From an uncultured Chloroflexia bacterium (GTDB taxonomy: Bacteria > Chloroflexota > Dormibacteria > CF-121), in contig CAWCIV010000002.1 of NCBI GenBank assembly GCA_963795805.1, positions 138,917 to 202,916 of the forward strand: 64,000 nucleotides of DNA, read 5' to 3'. A model generated the notes under the pieces. It searched no databases and was not told the DNA's origin. It worked only from the letters and a program-made list of their open reading frames with translations. The translations under genes were made by a program, and so were the position numbers. Below are positions 36,762 through 48,213 of the stretch, piece by piece (position 1 is the first letter of the stretch; each line of letters begins with the position of its first letter).

Positions 36762-37380
36762 CCGAGTTGTTTGCCGGAATCGTGATGCCGCACTCCTGCA
36801 GCAAGCGCTCGACGAGGTGCATCGGCATTCCGACGACATTGTCGTAGGGCCCGCGAACCGCAGCGACGAGCCGCTGACCTTCGCCCTGTATAGCGTAGGC
36901 ACCCGCTTTATCCTGCGCCTCGCCGCGGCGCACGTAGGCGCGAATCGCGCTCGGTGAAAGGTCACGCATAGTGACGCTCGTTCGTGAGAATCCGTGCCGG
37001 GCGCGATGGCGACGACCATCGATCACGGTGACCGCTGTGTACACCAGGTGGGTGCGGCCGGAGAGCGCGCGGAGCACGGCGCGGCCCTCCGCCGGGCTCT
37101 GCGGCTTGCCGTAGGTCCGCCCCCCGAGCGCGACGACCGTGTCGGCGCCGATGACCACCGCCTCCGGAAATCGCATGGCGACGGCCTGAGCTTTCGCGAA
37201 GGCGGCCCAGCGAGCGACACCGAGAGGGGCTAGCGGGCGAGGCGGTCGCTCATCGATGCCAGGCGGCACGACGCCGAAGTGCAGGCCGGCGGCGGTCAGC
37301 AGCTCGATGCGGCGCGGCGACGACGAGGCGAGGATGAGCGGCGCCCGGCGACCCGAAGTCCGGCGGGCCGTCTCAAACAC
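36598..37380 (-). CDS. maf: Maf-family nucleoside triphosphate pyrophosphatase
   Basis: LILASSSPRRIELL and GAYAIQGEGQRLVAAVRGPYDNVVGMPMHLV. Probable GTG start at 37380, overlapping the upstream gene end by 8 nt. The printed ORF has a ~55-aa low-complexity tail overlapping the lipoprotein start by 164 nt. Confidence 0.75.
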   Translation of the reverse strand: MFETARRTSGRRAPLILASSSPRRIELLTAAGLHFGVVPPGIDERPPRPLAPLGVARWAAFAKAQAVAMRFPEAVVIGADTVVALGGRTYGKPQSPAEGRAVLRALSGRTHLVYTAVTVIDGRRHRARHGFSRTSVTMRDLSPSAIRAYVRRGEAQDKAGAYAIQGEGQRLVAAVRGPYDNVVGMPMHLVERLLQECGITIPANNSDEGQQDARDPRTRTPRDADRRPGRPPARHAARGLRASRELAADDHAKHRRRERS

Positions 37381-38944
37381 GCAAGATGCGCAGCAACAGG
37401 GCGGGGGCGATGCCGCAGGCGAGCGCCACCGCCGGTGCCACGAGGGCGCGGACGGATGGCCGTGGTCTCGCCTCCGCGAAGGCAACCGGCTCGATCACCG
37501 GACCGAGCTTGACGGCGATCAGCAGGGCGGCGCCGAGGAGTCCCCAGCTCAGCGAGGTCTGGAGCGCGGCGATCACGGCCAGCGTGACCCCGGCAAACCG
37601 GACGGTGGGCGGCCAGCCCGACGTGCTGAGATCGACGAACCATCGCATGGAGTGCGAGCGGTCGAGTGCGCCGAACGCCGCGGGTCCCTGTCGGACGAGC
37701 GCCAGGTCAACCAGCAGCAAGAGTGCGGCCAGCGAGCCGAGGCCGAGTGGATCATGAGCCCCCATCGCGACCAGGAGGAGGCCGAGCGTGACCTGCTCAT
37801 CAAACCGTGAGCCGGCTGCCGCCGGGTCACGCCTGGCGAGCAACGCCCGGACAACCAGCAAGGCGGCTCCCGCCGCCGCCACCCATTGAAAGCGCCCCAT
37901 CAGCGCCGCGTTCGCCTTCACCGTGTCCTCGACGATCAGCAGGGCCGCCGTCGCCAGCACCAGCAGGGACCCGCGGCCGGAAAAACCAACCGCGATCAGG
38001 ACCAGGGCGGCGGCCAGGCCAACGATTTGTGCGCGAGGACTCCAGGGCTGCGTCGTGAGCAGCGCGAACAGCGTGCTCGAGGCAAGAGCGAGGAGCGCCA
38101 GCCAGGCCGCCCGCAGCGCGCGGGTGTCGGCATCGACCTGGCCGGCGACCACCGCGGCGAGCGCGGCCCAGCGCAGGCTCGGCGCGGCCGCCAGCACGGC
38201 AACCAGGGCCGGGAGCACCAGCCAGCCGCGCGCCTGGGGGGCCGCGAGCGCGCCAATGACGAGCAGCAGGGCGGCCGCCGGGAGCGCTGGGCCGTCCAGC
38301 GAGAATGTCAAATCCCTGAAGCCGGGATGCGGCAGGGTCCCGACCAGGAGGGCGACAGCCACGAGCGCCGCACCCGCCGGCAGCAAGATCGCAGCCGCGA
38401 TCCCATGACTGCGCGGCGGGAGGTCGAAGCGGGCGGCGATCGCCGGAACCAGCGCCATCAAACCGGACGCCGCGGCGGTGAAGGCGCCGGCAGGCGACGC
38501 GGCGATCAGCAGGGCCGCACCGGCACTGACGAGCAGGACCTGCCCCTCGGTCCGCTCGCGCGCATCGACCGGACTGACCAACCAGGCCGCGCCGATCGCG
38601 CCGAGTAACCAGGGCACCACGGTGAGCAGCCCGGGATTTTCCCCGATGGGGAACTTGGTGGCGACAAAGACCGCCACCAGACCGGCCGTTGTCAGCGTGA
38701 TCGCCCGACGGGTCAGCGCTTCGAAGCTCAGCCGGCCCGCCGGTTGCCCGCGCGAGACGAGCAGCGTCGCCAGCAACGGGCCGATCAGCCAGCTCGCACT
38801 GACCCCGGCATCCGTTACCAGGGCCAGCGACCCCGCCGTCGCGAGCAACAGCGCTACGGTCGCGGCAACTCGCGGCCAGCCGTCTCGCAGGTAGGCAACG
38901 ACCGTCCCGACCAGAAAAACGGCGATCGGCACGGCGACGATCAT
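37373..38944 (-). CDS. Polytopic Ala/Leu-rich membrane protein, hypothetical
   Basis: 523 codons from MIVAVPIAVFLVG (ATG 38944), with ATGA overlap to the upstream gene stop. Many TM segments. The upstream 290 codons of the 813-aa ORF are Arg/Pro/Gly-rich shadow. Confidence 0.55.
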   Translation of the reverse strand: MIVAVPIAVFLVGTVVAYLRDGWPRVAATVALLLATAGSLALVTDAGVSASWLIGPLLATLLVSRGQPAGRLSFEALTRRAITLTTAGLVAVFVATKFPIGENPGLLTVVPWLLGAIGAAWLVSPVDARERTEGQVLLVSAGAALLIAASPAGAFTAAASGLMALVPAIAARFDLPPRSHGIAAAILLPAGAALVAVALLVGTLPHPGFRDLTFSLDGPALPAAALLLVIGALAAPQARGWLVLPALVAVLAAAPSLRWAALAAVVAGQVDADTRALRAAWLALLALASSTLFALLTTQPWSPRAQIVGLAAALVLIAVGFSGRGSLLVLATAALLIVEDTVKANAALMGRFQWVAAAGAALLVVRALLARRDPAAAGSRFDEQVTLGLLLVAMGAHDPLGLGSLAALLLLVDLALVRQGPAAFGALDRSHSMRWFVDLSTSGWPPTVRFAGVTLAVIAALQTSLSWGLLGAALLIAVKLGPVIEPVAFAEARPRPSVRALVAPAVALACGIAPALLLRILRV

Positions 38945-40494
38945 GGACGCAGAATGGCGAATAGAACGACGGCGATGAACCCCGACCAGGCCGTTCGCGT
39001 GGCCCATCGCGTGGAGAAGGTCGGTGCGTTGACGCCGCGAAGCCGAGCCAGGGCCAGTCGGGGCACCGGCCCCTGCCGTGGCGTCCGCATGCGACCGGTA
39101 AGGACGACCAGGCCGATCAGGACGGTCATCCCCAGGGTGGCGAGCAGCGCCGGCCAGGTCATCCCCGCCACGCTGAAGCCCGCGGGGCTGAGCAGGACGG
39201 TGCCGCCGGGAATGGCGCGAACCGTCTGCGCCGCGGGAAGCACCAGCGGACCGAGCAGCGAGATCGGAAACGCTGCCAGTAGCAGCAGCCCGGCCGCCCA
39301 GCCGGCCGGGACGTCGATCCATGGGCGGGAGACGGGTTGCAGCCGGGTGAGCGCGGCGACGGCGGTCGCGACGACCACGATCGCGACCAGGACCAGCGCG
39401 ACCAGGTGGCCACCGACGCGAAGCCCTGCCACGCCGATCCAGATCGCAATGAACGCTCCGCTCCCAGGAACGATCGCCAGCGAGACCAGCATGCCGGCGC
39501 CCGCCAGGTGACCGGGTCGCAATCGCAGCGAGCAGAGACCGGCAAGCGGGATCAGCAGGAGCCAGAGCCAGATGCTCGCCACCAGTAAGAGCGGCGATGG
39601 GCTGGCGATCAGGGCGAGCGCCAGGCCGCCCTGGCCGATCAGGAGGGTCCGCGGTGGGAGCGGCGTCGGACGGGCGACGATGATCCAGAGCGCGGCCACG
39701 GCCGCGATCGTCAGCCCCCCGGCAAAGACGAGCACCTCCAGCGGCCGGCCCGGCAGGCGACCCCCCATGAGCGCGAGCAGCCGGACGAGCATATACGCAG
39801 CGGGGGCCGCCCATGCCACCGCCGGCTCGAAGGCCACCGGCGCGAGCGACCCGCCGCCGGCCCAGGCCAGCGCAGCCAGGCGAGTGAGGACGGGCAGGAG
39901 CGCGAGCAGAAACGCCGCCGGGCCGAAGGTATCGGAAGGCACCCCGGAAAACGCCGAGGTTCCGACCGATTGGATCGCGCCCGCGGCGGCGAGCAACAGC
40001 CCGATATCCGCGGTGACGATCGCGAGGCGAAGCCGGCGTCGCCGCGGAGCGGACTCATCAAGCGTGCCGCTCCATGCCAGCGTCAGGACCTGCAGGAGGA
40101 TGTAGGTGAGCAGCAGGTTTTGCGCCATGATCACGGCCAGGACCGCCACGCTCGTGAGCAGGTAGGAAAGCCACGGGTCCCGCCGGTCGCCGGGCATCGT
40201 CACCCGCGCCAGCATTAAAAGGGCGGCGGTGGTCAATGTGATGGTGGCGAAGGCGAGCGACAGCGCGTCGAGCCGAATTGCCAGGTCCGCGTATGGAAAG
40301 GTGGTCAGATAGGGAACGTCAACGCGTTCACCGGGCGCGAGCCGCAGGAGCTGGATGAGGGTGATCGCGGCCGCGACGACCGCGCCGGCGACGGCGATCC
40401 ATCCGTTCGCGCGGCGCCCGCGCCGGATCGAGACGGCGGTGGAGGCCGCGAGCAGGGCAAGAAACGGCAGGAGGGCCTGCGCCCCCAGCGGCAT
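38941..40494 (-). CDS. Polytopic membrane protein, degenerate NuoL/M/N (Mrp antiporter)-like N-terminal region
   Basis: 517 aa. ADLAIRLDALSLAFATITLTTAALLML and NLLLTYILLQVLTLAW resemble the first helices of antiporter-like subunits, but with Gln where the conserved Glu sits. There is no lysine anywhere in the protein. Confidence 0.5.
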   Translation of the reverse strand: MPLGAQALLPFLALLAASTAVSIRRGRRANGWIAVAGAVVAAAITLIQLLRLAPGERVDVPYLTTFPYADLAIRLDALSLAFATITLTTAALLMLARVTMPGDRRDPWLSYLLTSVAVLAVIMAQNLLLTYILLQVLTLAWSGTLDESAPRRRRLRLAIVTADIGLLLAAAGAIQSVGTSAFSGVPSDTFGPAAFLLALLPVLTRLAALAWAGGGSLAPVAFEPAVAWAAPAAYMLVRLLALMGGRLPGRPLEVLVFAGGLTIAAVAALWIIVARPTPLPPRTLLIGQGGLALALIASPSPLLLVASIWLWLLLIPLAGLCSLRLRPGHLAGAGMLVSLAIVPGSGAFIAIWIGVAGLRVGGHLVALVLVAIVVVATAVAALTRLQPVSRPWIDVPAGWAAGLLLLAAFPISLLGPLVLPAAQTVRAIPGGTVLLSPAGFSVAGMTWPALLATLGMTVLIGLVVLTGRMRTPRQGPVPRLALARLRGVNAPTFSTRWATRTAWSGFIAVVLFAILRP

Positions 40495-40528
40495 GGCTAA
40501 CCCCTAACGCGCGTGCCGGAAGCGCGCC

Positions 40529-40996
40529 TTATCGCGCGATGCGGGGCGTCGCGGCCGGGCCTTGCAGCGGCACTTCCTCGGCGCAATATGGACAGACGCT
40601 CCATCCCAGCTTCAGCTGCTTGTTGCACCGTGGGCAGAGTTTACTGAACTGCGTCTTGCAGTGCGGGCAGAGCACGTATTGCGAATCGATCGGTTCGCCG
40701 CAGCTGGGACACGGGCGCAGCTCCCGCACCGGACCGCCCGGCTCGGACAGCGCCTGGGTCTCGAGCTCGAGCGCCCGCCGCTCGGCCATCGTCAGCGGGG
40801 GCCGGATGATCATGTAGATGAAGAGGCCAAAGATCGGCAAGAGCAGGGAGAGGCCGGTCGCGAAGACGTGAAAGGCGACGCTGTTGGAACGCTCGCGCGC
40901 ATCGCGGAAGGCCCAGTAGGAAAGACTCAGCCAGAAGGCCAGCAGGTAGAAGACGACGATGTAGAGGAGCGGTCGCAGCGGCTTCAGATCAGGCAA
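40529..40996 (-). CDS. Membrane protein with PLD-N-terminal-like TM pair and C-terminal double zinc ribbon
   Basis: YWAFRDARER lies between two TM helices. The C-terminus has CPSCGEPIDSQYVLCPHC...CPRCNKQLKLGWSVCPYC. Confidence 0.55.
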   Translation of the reverse strand: MPDLKPLRPLLYIVVFYLLAFWLSLSYWAFRDARERSNSVAFHVFATGLSLLLPIFGLFIYMIIRPPLTMAERRALELETQALSEPGGPVRELRPCPSCGEPIDSQYVLCPHCKTQFSKLCPRCNKQLKLGWSVCPYCAEEVPLQGPAATPRIAR

Positions 40997-41038
40997 ATTG
41001 CCTCCTCACGTTCCAGATTAACTGCCGATTACCTTACC

Positions 41039-43647
41039 CTATCCGGGCGTTTCGCCCAAGAGCTTCTGAAGCCGCTCGGCGGCCTCCTTGGCCTGGGCCA
41101 GGCGGACTCGTTCGCGGTCAACGACCGAGGCCGGCGCCCGCCCGGTAAAGTCCGGATTTCGCAGCTTCCCCTCGATTAACTCGATCTCGTCCCGTTTCTT
41201 TCGCAATTCGGCACCCAGCCGTTTCGCCTCGAGCCCCCGGTCCGCCGGCAGGCCGAGGGTGACGGTGGTATCACCGACGACCACCGTCCGCCGCGGCGCG
41301 TCGGCTGGAAGCGTCCCGTTGAGATCGAGTTGAGCCAGCGTGGCGAGGTACTGGCGTCCCACCGGATCCGCCAGCAAGGAGCGGTTCGATTGGATCTGGG
41401 CGGGCTGACGCCGCATCGCCGGGTCGGCAGCGTGCCGGACACTGCGGACCGCCCGGACCACGTCGAGCAGATGGGCCATTTCGTCCAGCAGCACGCGATC
41501 CTCCAGGCGCTCGTCCACGAGCGGCCATGGAGCCAGGACGATCGTCTCGCCCACGTGAGGGATTCGCTGCCAGAGCTCCTCGGTCACAAACGGCATGATC
41601 GGGTGCAGCAGGCGAAGCGTCGTCTCGAGGACATGGATCGCGACGGCGCGGGCGGTGGTCGCCGATGCCGTGCCCGCCTGCAGGCGCGGCTTGATCAGTT
41701 CGAGGTAATCGTCGGCAAACTCGTGCCAGGCGAACTCGTAGAGGCCGTCGATTGCGGGACCGAATTCAAATCGGCTGAACGACTCGCTGACGAGCCGGGT
41801 CACGGCGCTCAGCCGCCCCAGGATCCAGCCGTCCGCCGGCTCGAGGCTGCCCTCAGCAATCGGGATCGGCATGGCGCCTTCGGCAATCCCGGAGAGCAGC
41901 AAGCGCGTCGCATTCCAGAGCTTGTTGGCGAACAGTTGATAGGACTTGATCTTTTCCTCGGAGAACCGGATATCCTGCCCACTCGTCCCAAAGTAGGCGC
42001 ACCAGGCCCTCGTCGCATCGGCGCCATAGCGATCGATCATCTGGAGCGGATCGACACCGGTCCCCAGCGATTTGCTCATCCGGCGCCCGTCCGGGGCCAG
42101 CACCGTCCCATGGATGATGACGTCCGAAAACGGCTCCTTGTCCAGGAAATACAGGCTGGTGAAGATCATCCGCGCCACCCAGAGGTACAGGATGTCGCGC
42201 GCCGTATCCAGCACCTGGGTGGGATAGAAGCGGGCGAGGTCCTCCGTCTCCTGTGGCCAGCCGAGTGTCGCAAACGGCCACAGCGATGAGGAGAACCAGG
42301 TGTCGAGGACGTCGGGATCCTGGGTCAGCGTCCGGTCCCCGCATTGCTTCACAGGCCTTCGGCGCCTGCTCGTAGGCGACCGCGTGACCGTTGGCGCAGG
42401 TCCATACCGGGATGCGGTGGCCAAGCCAGAGCTGGCGGGAGATACACCAGTCTCGAATGTTGCGCATCCAGCGGAGGTATTGCTCCTTCCAGCGGCCCGG
42501 ATGGAAGCGCACCTCATCCCTCTCGGCGACCGCGATCGCCGGCTCCGCCAGGGGTTTCATCCGGACCCACCACTGGGATGAGACCAGCGGCTCGATCACG
42601 GCGTTGCAGCGGTCGCAGTGGCCGACCGAGTGGTGGTACGGTTCGACCCGATTGAGCGCGCCTTCGGCTCGCAGCATCTCGACGATCCGTTCTCGCGCTT
42701 GCGGCACCTTGAGGCCGTCGAGCTCTGAAACCTCCGGGATGTCCATGCGGCCATCCAGGTGCAAGATGTTGCGGACCTCGAGCTTCTGCCGCTCGCCAAT
42801 CTCGTAGTCGGTCAGGTCGTGCCCGGGCGTCACCTTGACCGCGCCGGTGCCGAACGCCATGTCGACCGCATCGTCAGCCACGATCGGAACCTGTCGATGC
42901 ACGACAGGGAGCGTCACCATCCTGCCGACGAGGTCGCGGTAGCGGGCATCCTTCGAATTGACGGCGACCCCGGTGTCGCCCACCATCGTTTCCGGGCGCG
43001 ACGTGGCCACCGAGATCACGCCGCCGCCTTCGATCGGGTAGTCGAGGTAATAGAGATGGTCATCCGTCTCGACGAACACGACCTCCAGGTCCGAGATGGC
43101 GCTCTGGTCATCGCGGGCACCAGTTGACGATGCGTGGACCGCGATAGATCAGGCCGGCTTTCCAGAACCGGACGAAGGCGGCATTGACCGAGGCCACGTA
43201 CTCGGGATCCATCGTGAACCGGTTGCGCGACCAGTCGGCGGAAAAACCCAGCCGCCGCATCTGCCGCAGGATGGTGTCGCCGGTTTTCTGATACCAGTCC
43301 GCGACCAGGCGGTCCCAGGCCTCCCGGCCAATCGCCTCCTTCGAGGCGTGTTGTTTCGCCAGTTGCTTCTCGAGTACGTTCTGCGTCGCGATCGCCGCGT
43401 GATCGGTCCCCGGAACCCAGAGCACGCAGTCGCCGAGCATCCGATGCCAACGGACCAGGACGTCCTGCAGGGTGTACATCGCGTGCCCCATGTGCAGGTC
43501 GCCGGTGATATTCGGCGGCGGCATCGAGATCGTGAAGGTCTTCCCGGTGAGACTTTCGCGCGGCTTGAAGTAGCCCGCCTGCTCCCAGGTTGCATACCAC
43601 CGCTGCTCGACCGCCCGGGGGTCGTACCGGGTGTCCATCAAGGGCAC
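41039..43647 (-). pseudogene. valS: Valine--tRNA ligase, split over three frames as printed
   Basis: The N-terminal part is ORF 43108-43647 (PPPNITGDLHMGH). The middle is ORF 41853-43079 (TSRPETMVGDTGVAV). The C-terminal part is ORF 41039-42517 (DPDVLDTWFSS, KMSKSLG-type RMSKSLG, coiled-coil tail). Junctions lie near 43108-43117 and 42353, and each needs one base skipped. Confidence 0.9.
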
Positions 43648-43683
43648 CAGTTTACGGTTCAGCCGCGCCGGATGCCGTGAAGC

Positions 43684-46095
43684 TCAGTCCTGGCCGGCCG
43701 GCGCGTCGGCGTTCGCGGCCGCGGCCTCCTCCAGGCCGACCGGGTCGGTCGCCTCGGAGGGCGCGCTGACGGTGGACTTCGGGAGCAGCGCCGTAGCGAT
43801 GACCTCGTCCATGCTCTTGACGAATTGCAGGGTCAGCTGTTTTCGCACCTCAGCCGGGATGTCGACGATGTCAGCCCGGTTGTCCTCGGGAAGGATGATC
43901 GTCTTGATGCCCAGCCGGTGCGCCGCCAGCACCTTCTCCTTGAGGCCGCCAATCGGGAGCACGCGGCCGCGCAAGGTGATCTCGCCGGTCAGCGCCACGT
44001 CCGACCGGATCGGCCGCTGGCAGAGGGCAGAGATGATCGCCAGCGCCATCGAGATCCCCGCCGATGGCCCATCCTTGGGGATTGCTCCCTTCGGGATGTG
44101 GATATGCAGGTCAAGCTTCTCGCGGAAGTCGGGTGGGATACCGAGCGCATCGGCGTTCGAGCGCGCATAGGAAAGGGCCGCGCGCGCGGACTCCTGCATG
44201 ACGTCGCCCATCTGGCCCGTGAGGTTGAGGTTGCCCTTGCCCGGCATCGTGATCACCTCGATCGTCAAGAGCACGCCACCGACCTCCGTCCAGGCGAGGC
44301 CGTTCGCGACGCCGACCAGGTGTTCCTTGTGGCCCTCGTCCGGCTTGTAGCGAGGCGGACCCAGCAGATCATCCAGGCGGTTGGGGGCGACGGTCATGCG
44401 CCGCGTCTTCCCCTTGACGACCTCGCGAGCCACCTTCCGGCAGACGGTCGCGATCGATCGCTCGAGATTCCGGACGCCTGCCTCGCTCGTGTAGCGGCTG
44501 ATGATCTTCGCGAGCGCGGGTCGGGTGAATTCGATGTTTTTGCCGGATAGCCCGTGGTCGGCGACCTGCCTCGGCACGAGGTATTCCCGCGCGATCACCA
44601 GCTTTTCCTCCGCCGTATATCCCGAGAGGTTGATCACTTCCATGCGGTCGAGCAGCGGACGCGGGATCGAAAAGAAGGTATTGGCGGTCGTGATGAAGAG
44701 GATGTCCGACAGGTCGAAGGGGATCTCGAGGTAGTGGTCGGAAAAATTCCGGTTCTGCTCGGGGTCGAGGACCTCGAGCATCGCCGCCGAGGGATCGCCA
44801 CGGAAGTCGGAGGACATCTTGTCGATCTCATCGAGGAGGAAGACGGGGTTGCGGGTCCCGGCCTCCCGAAGCGATTTGATAATTCGGCCCGGCATCGAGC
44901 CGACGTAGGTGCGCCGATGACCGCGAATCTCAGCCTCATCGGACACGCCACCCAGCGAGACGCGGACGAACTTGCGGCCGAGGGCGCGCGCGATCGACTT
45001 GCCGAGGCTCGTCTTGCCCACCCCGGGTGGTCCGATGAAACAGAGAATCGGGCCTTTCGGGGACTTCGTCAGCTGCCGCACAGCGAGAAATTCGAGGATT
45101 CGCTCCTTGATCTTCTTCAGGCCGTGGTGATCCTCATCGAGCACCCGCTCGGCCGTGCGGAGGTCCGTCACATCCTCGCTGACGGTGTGCCAGGGCATTG
45201 ACACCACGAGGTCCAGGTAGTTGTGCAGCACCGAGATTTCCGGCGATCCCGGTGGCATCCGCTCGAGCCGGTCGACGTCCTTGAGGAGCCGGTCCTGGAC
45301 CGCTTCCGTCAGCTCGAGCGCCCGCAACTTCTCGCGAAGCTCATCGAGTTCGCTGAGCTGTGTCTCCTCGCCGCCGAGCTCCTCCTGGATGACGCGCATC
45401 TGCTCTTTGAGGTAGAACTCCTTCTGCCGTCGGTCGATTTGCTGGCGGACCCGGGAGCGGATGTTTCGGTCCATGTCCAGGATCTCGATCTCCCGTTGGA
45501 GCACACTGGATAGCTTCTCCAGCCGCTCGTTCATCTGGAACGTTTCCAGGACATCCTGTTTGTCGGTCACGCCAATGTTGAGATTCGCTGTCACGATGTC
45601 GGCCAGGCGACCCGCATCCTCGACGCCCCGGACGGTCAGGTTGACCTCCGGGGGAACCTTCTTGTCGAGCTCGACGTAACGGTCGAACAGATCGACGAGC
45701 CCTCGCATGAGCGCCCCGAGTTCGGGGGACGGCTGGAAGTCTTCATCGAGCCGCGCTACCTCAACCCGCAGATGCGGCTCCGTGCTCAGGAAGCGATCGA
45801 TGACGGCCCGTGATGACCCCTCGATCAGGACCTTGATCGTGTTGTCGGGCAATTTGAGCAGCTGAACGACGTCGCCCAACACTCCCACGCGATACAGGTC
45901 CGCCTCTCCCGGCTCTTCGCAATCTGCCCGACGCTGCGTGCAGAGGAAGATCTTTTTCCCGTTCGTCATCGCGTCTTCCAGCGCGTCGATCGAACGCTCA
46001 CGACCCACGTAGAGCGGCACGATCATGTGGGGGAAAAGGACGACGTTTTTCAGCGGGAGAAGCGGAAGCTGCAGCAGCGCCTGGCGGTCGGTCAC
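43684..46095 (-). CDS. lon: Lon protease (paralog 2, intact)
   Basis: 803 aa. [40 protein letters not shown] and GGLKEKVLAAH. Confidence 0.95.
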   Translation of the reverse strand: MTDRQALLQLPLLPLKNVVLFPHMIVPLYVGRERSIDALEDAMTNGKKIFLCTQRRADCEEPGEADLYRVGVLGDVVQLLKLPDNTIKVLIEGSSRAVIDRFLSTEPHLRVEVARLDEDFQPSPELGALMRGLVDLFDRYVELDKKVPPEVNLTVRGVEDAGRLADIVTANLNIGVTDKQDVLETFQMNERLEKLSSVLQREIEILDMDRNIRSRVRQQIDRRQKEFYLKEQMRVIQEELGGEETQLSELDELREKLRALELTEAVQDRLLKDVDRLERMPPGSPEISVLHNYLDLVVSMPWHTVSEDVTDLRTAERVLDEDHHGLKKIKERILEFLAVRQLTKSPKGPILCFIGPPGVGKTSLGKSIARALGRKFVRVSLGGVSDEAEIRGHRRTYVGSMPGRIIKSLREAGTRNPVFLLDEIDKMSSDFRGDPSAAMLEVLDPEQNRNFSDHYLEIPFDLSDILFITTANTFFSIPRPLLDRMEVINLSGYTAEEKLVIAREYLVPRQVADHGLSGKNIEFTRPALAKIISRYTSEAGVRNLERSIATVCRKVAREVVKGKTRRMTVAPNRLDDLLGPPRYKPDEGHKEHLVGVANGLAWTEVGGVLLTIEVITMPGKGNLNLTGQMGDVMQESARAALSYARSNADALGIPPDFREKLDLHIHIPKGAIPKDGPSAGISMALAIISALCQRPIRSDVALTGEITLRGRVLPIGGLKEKVLAAHRLGIKTIILPEDNRADIVDIPAEVRKQLTLQFVKSMDEVIATALLPKSTVSAPSEATDPVGLEEAAAANADAPAGQD

Positions 46096-46123
46096 CGGCG
46101 CGTGGCCCGATGTCCGGCGAGCG

Positions 46124-47391
<1,268 letters not shown>

Positions 47392-47395
<4 letters not shown>

Positions 47396-48123
47396 CGAGA
47401 GGTCTTGGGACCTTCACGCTCAGGATCCGGTTGCGGCTGGGGACGCATTCCCACGCCCGCCGAGCTCAGCTCGAGCCGTCCGTCCTTGGCGACCGACCCA
47501 TCCGCATCGCGGCCGGTGCTGACGATGATGTCGTCGATGATGCCGTACTGCTTGGCTTCCTCGGCACTCATGAAAAAGTCCCGTTCGGTGTCCCGCTCGA
47601 TCTTCTCGATCGGCTGACCGGTGTGGCTGGAGAGGATGTCGTTCAGCGTCTTCCGGATGCGCAGAATCTCCTGCGCGTGGATCTGGATGTCCGAGGCCTG
47701 ACCCTGGAAGCCGCCCGACGGCTGGTGGATCAGGATCCGGGTGTTCGGCAGGGCGAAGCGCATGCCCTTGGTCCCCCCGGCGAGGAGCACCGTGGCCATG
47801 CTGGCGGCCAGTCCCATGCAGACGGTCGAGACGCGCGGGCTGACGTAACGCATCGTGTCGTAGATGGCCAGGCCGGCCGTGACGACACCGCCCGGGCTGT
47901 TGATGTAGATGTTGATGTCCTTGTCAGGATCTTCCGAGGCAAGGAAGAGGAGCTGGGCCATGACCACGTTGGCGACCTGGTCATCGATCGGGGTCCCGAT
48001 GAAGATGATCCGGTCCTTGAGCAGCCGCGAATAGATGTCGAAGGCGCGCTCGCCCCGGTTGGTCGTCTCGATGACCATTGGGATGAGGGCTTCGGGTCGA
48101 CGGCTGAGCCGTTCGAAATTCAT
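47392..48123 (-). CDS. clpP: ATP-dependent Clp protease proteolytic subunit ClpP with ~40-aa C-terminal extension
   Basis: [11 protein letters not shown] (Ser) and ILIHQP (His). AGGAGA Shine-Dalgarno 7 nt upstream. ATGA overlap with clpX. Confidence 0.95.
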
Positions 48124-48144
48124 GGGTGGCTCTCCTGTGTCGCC

Positions 48145-48150
48145 ATTATA
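48145..48150 (-). promoter_or_regulatory. -10 box (TATAAT) upstream of clpP
   Basis: Plus-strand attata is minus-strand TATAAT, 21 nt upstream of the clpP ATG. The -35 is weak. Confidence 0.3.
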
Positions 48151-48213
48151 GGGTCCAATTCTTACAATCCAGTCTTCCGCGTACTCACTTTTGAATACGA
48201 CGGTCGATCAGCC

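Noticed and set aside
38945-39814. First ~290 codons of the 813-aa minus-strand ORF
   Set aside because: Arg/Pro/Gly-rich sequence in an alternative frame of the 517-aa membrane gene. A clean ATGA-coupled start at 38944 explains the real protein.
10164-43683. Riboswitch or T-box leaders upstream of moaA, leuS and valS
   Set aside because: The available upstream spacers are 18 nt (moaA), 13 nt (leuS, after a tRNA) and 36 nt (valS). These are too short for a Moco riboswitch or a T-box.
15945-46095. The two lon genes as an assembly duplication artefact
   Set aside because: The two proteins differ throughout (e.g. [18 protein letters not shown] vs YTAEEKLVIAREYLVPRQ; different N- and C-termini) and have different neighbours. 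They are true paralogs.
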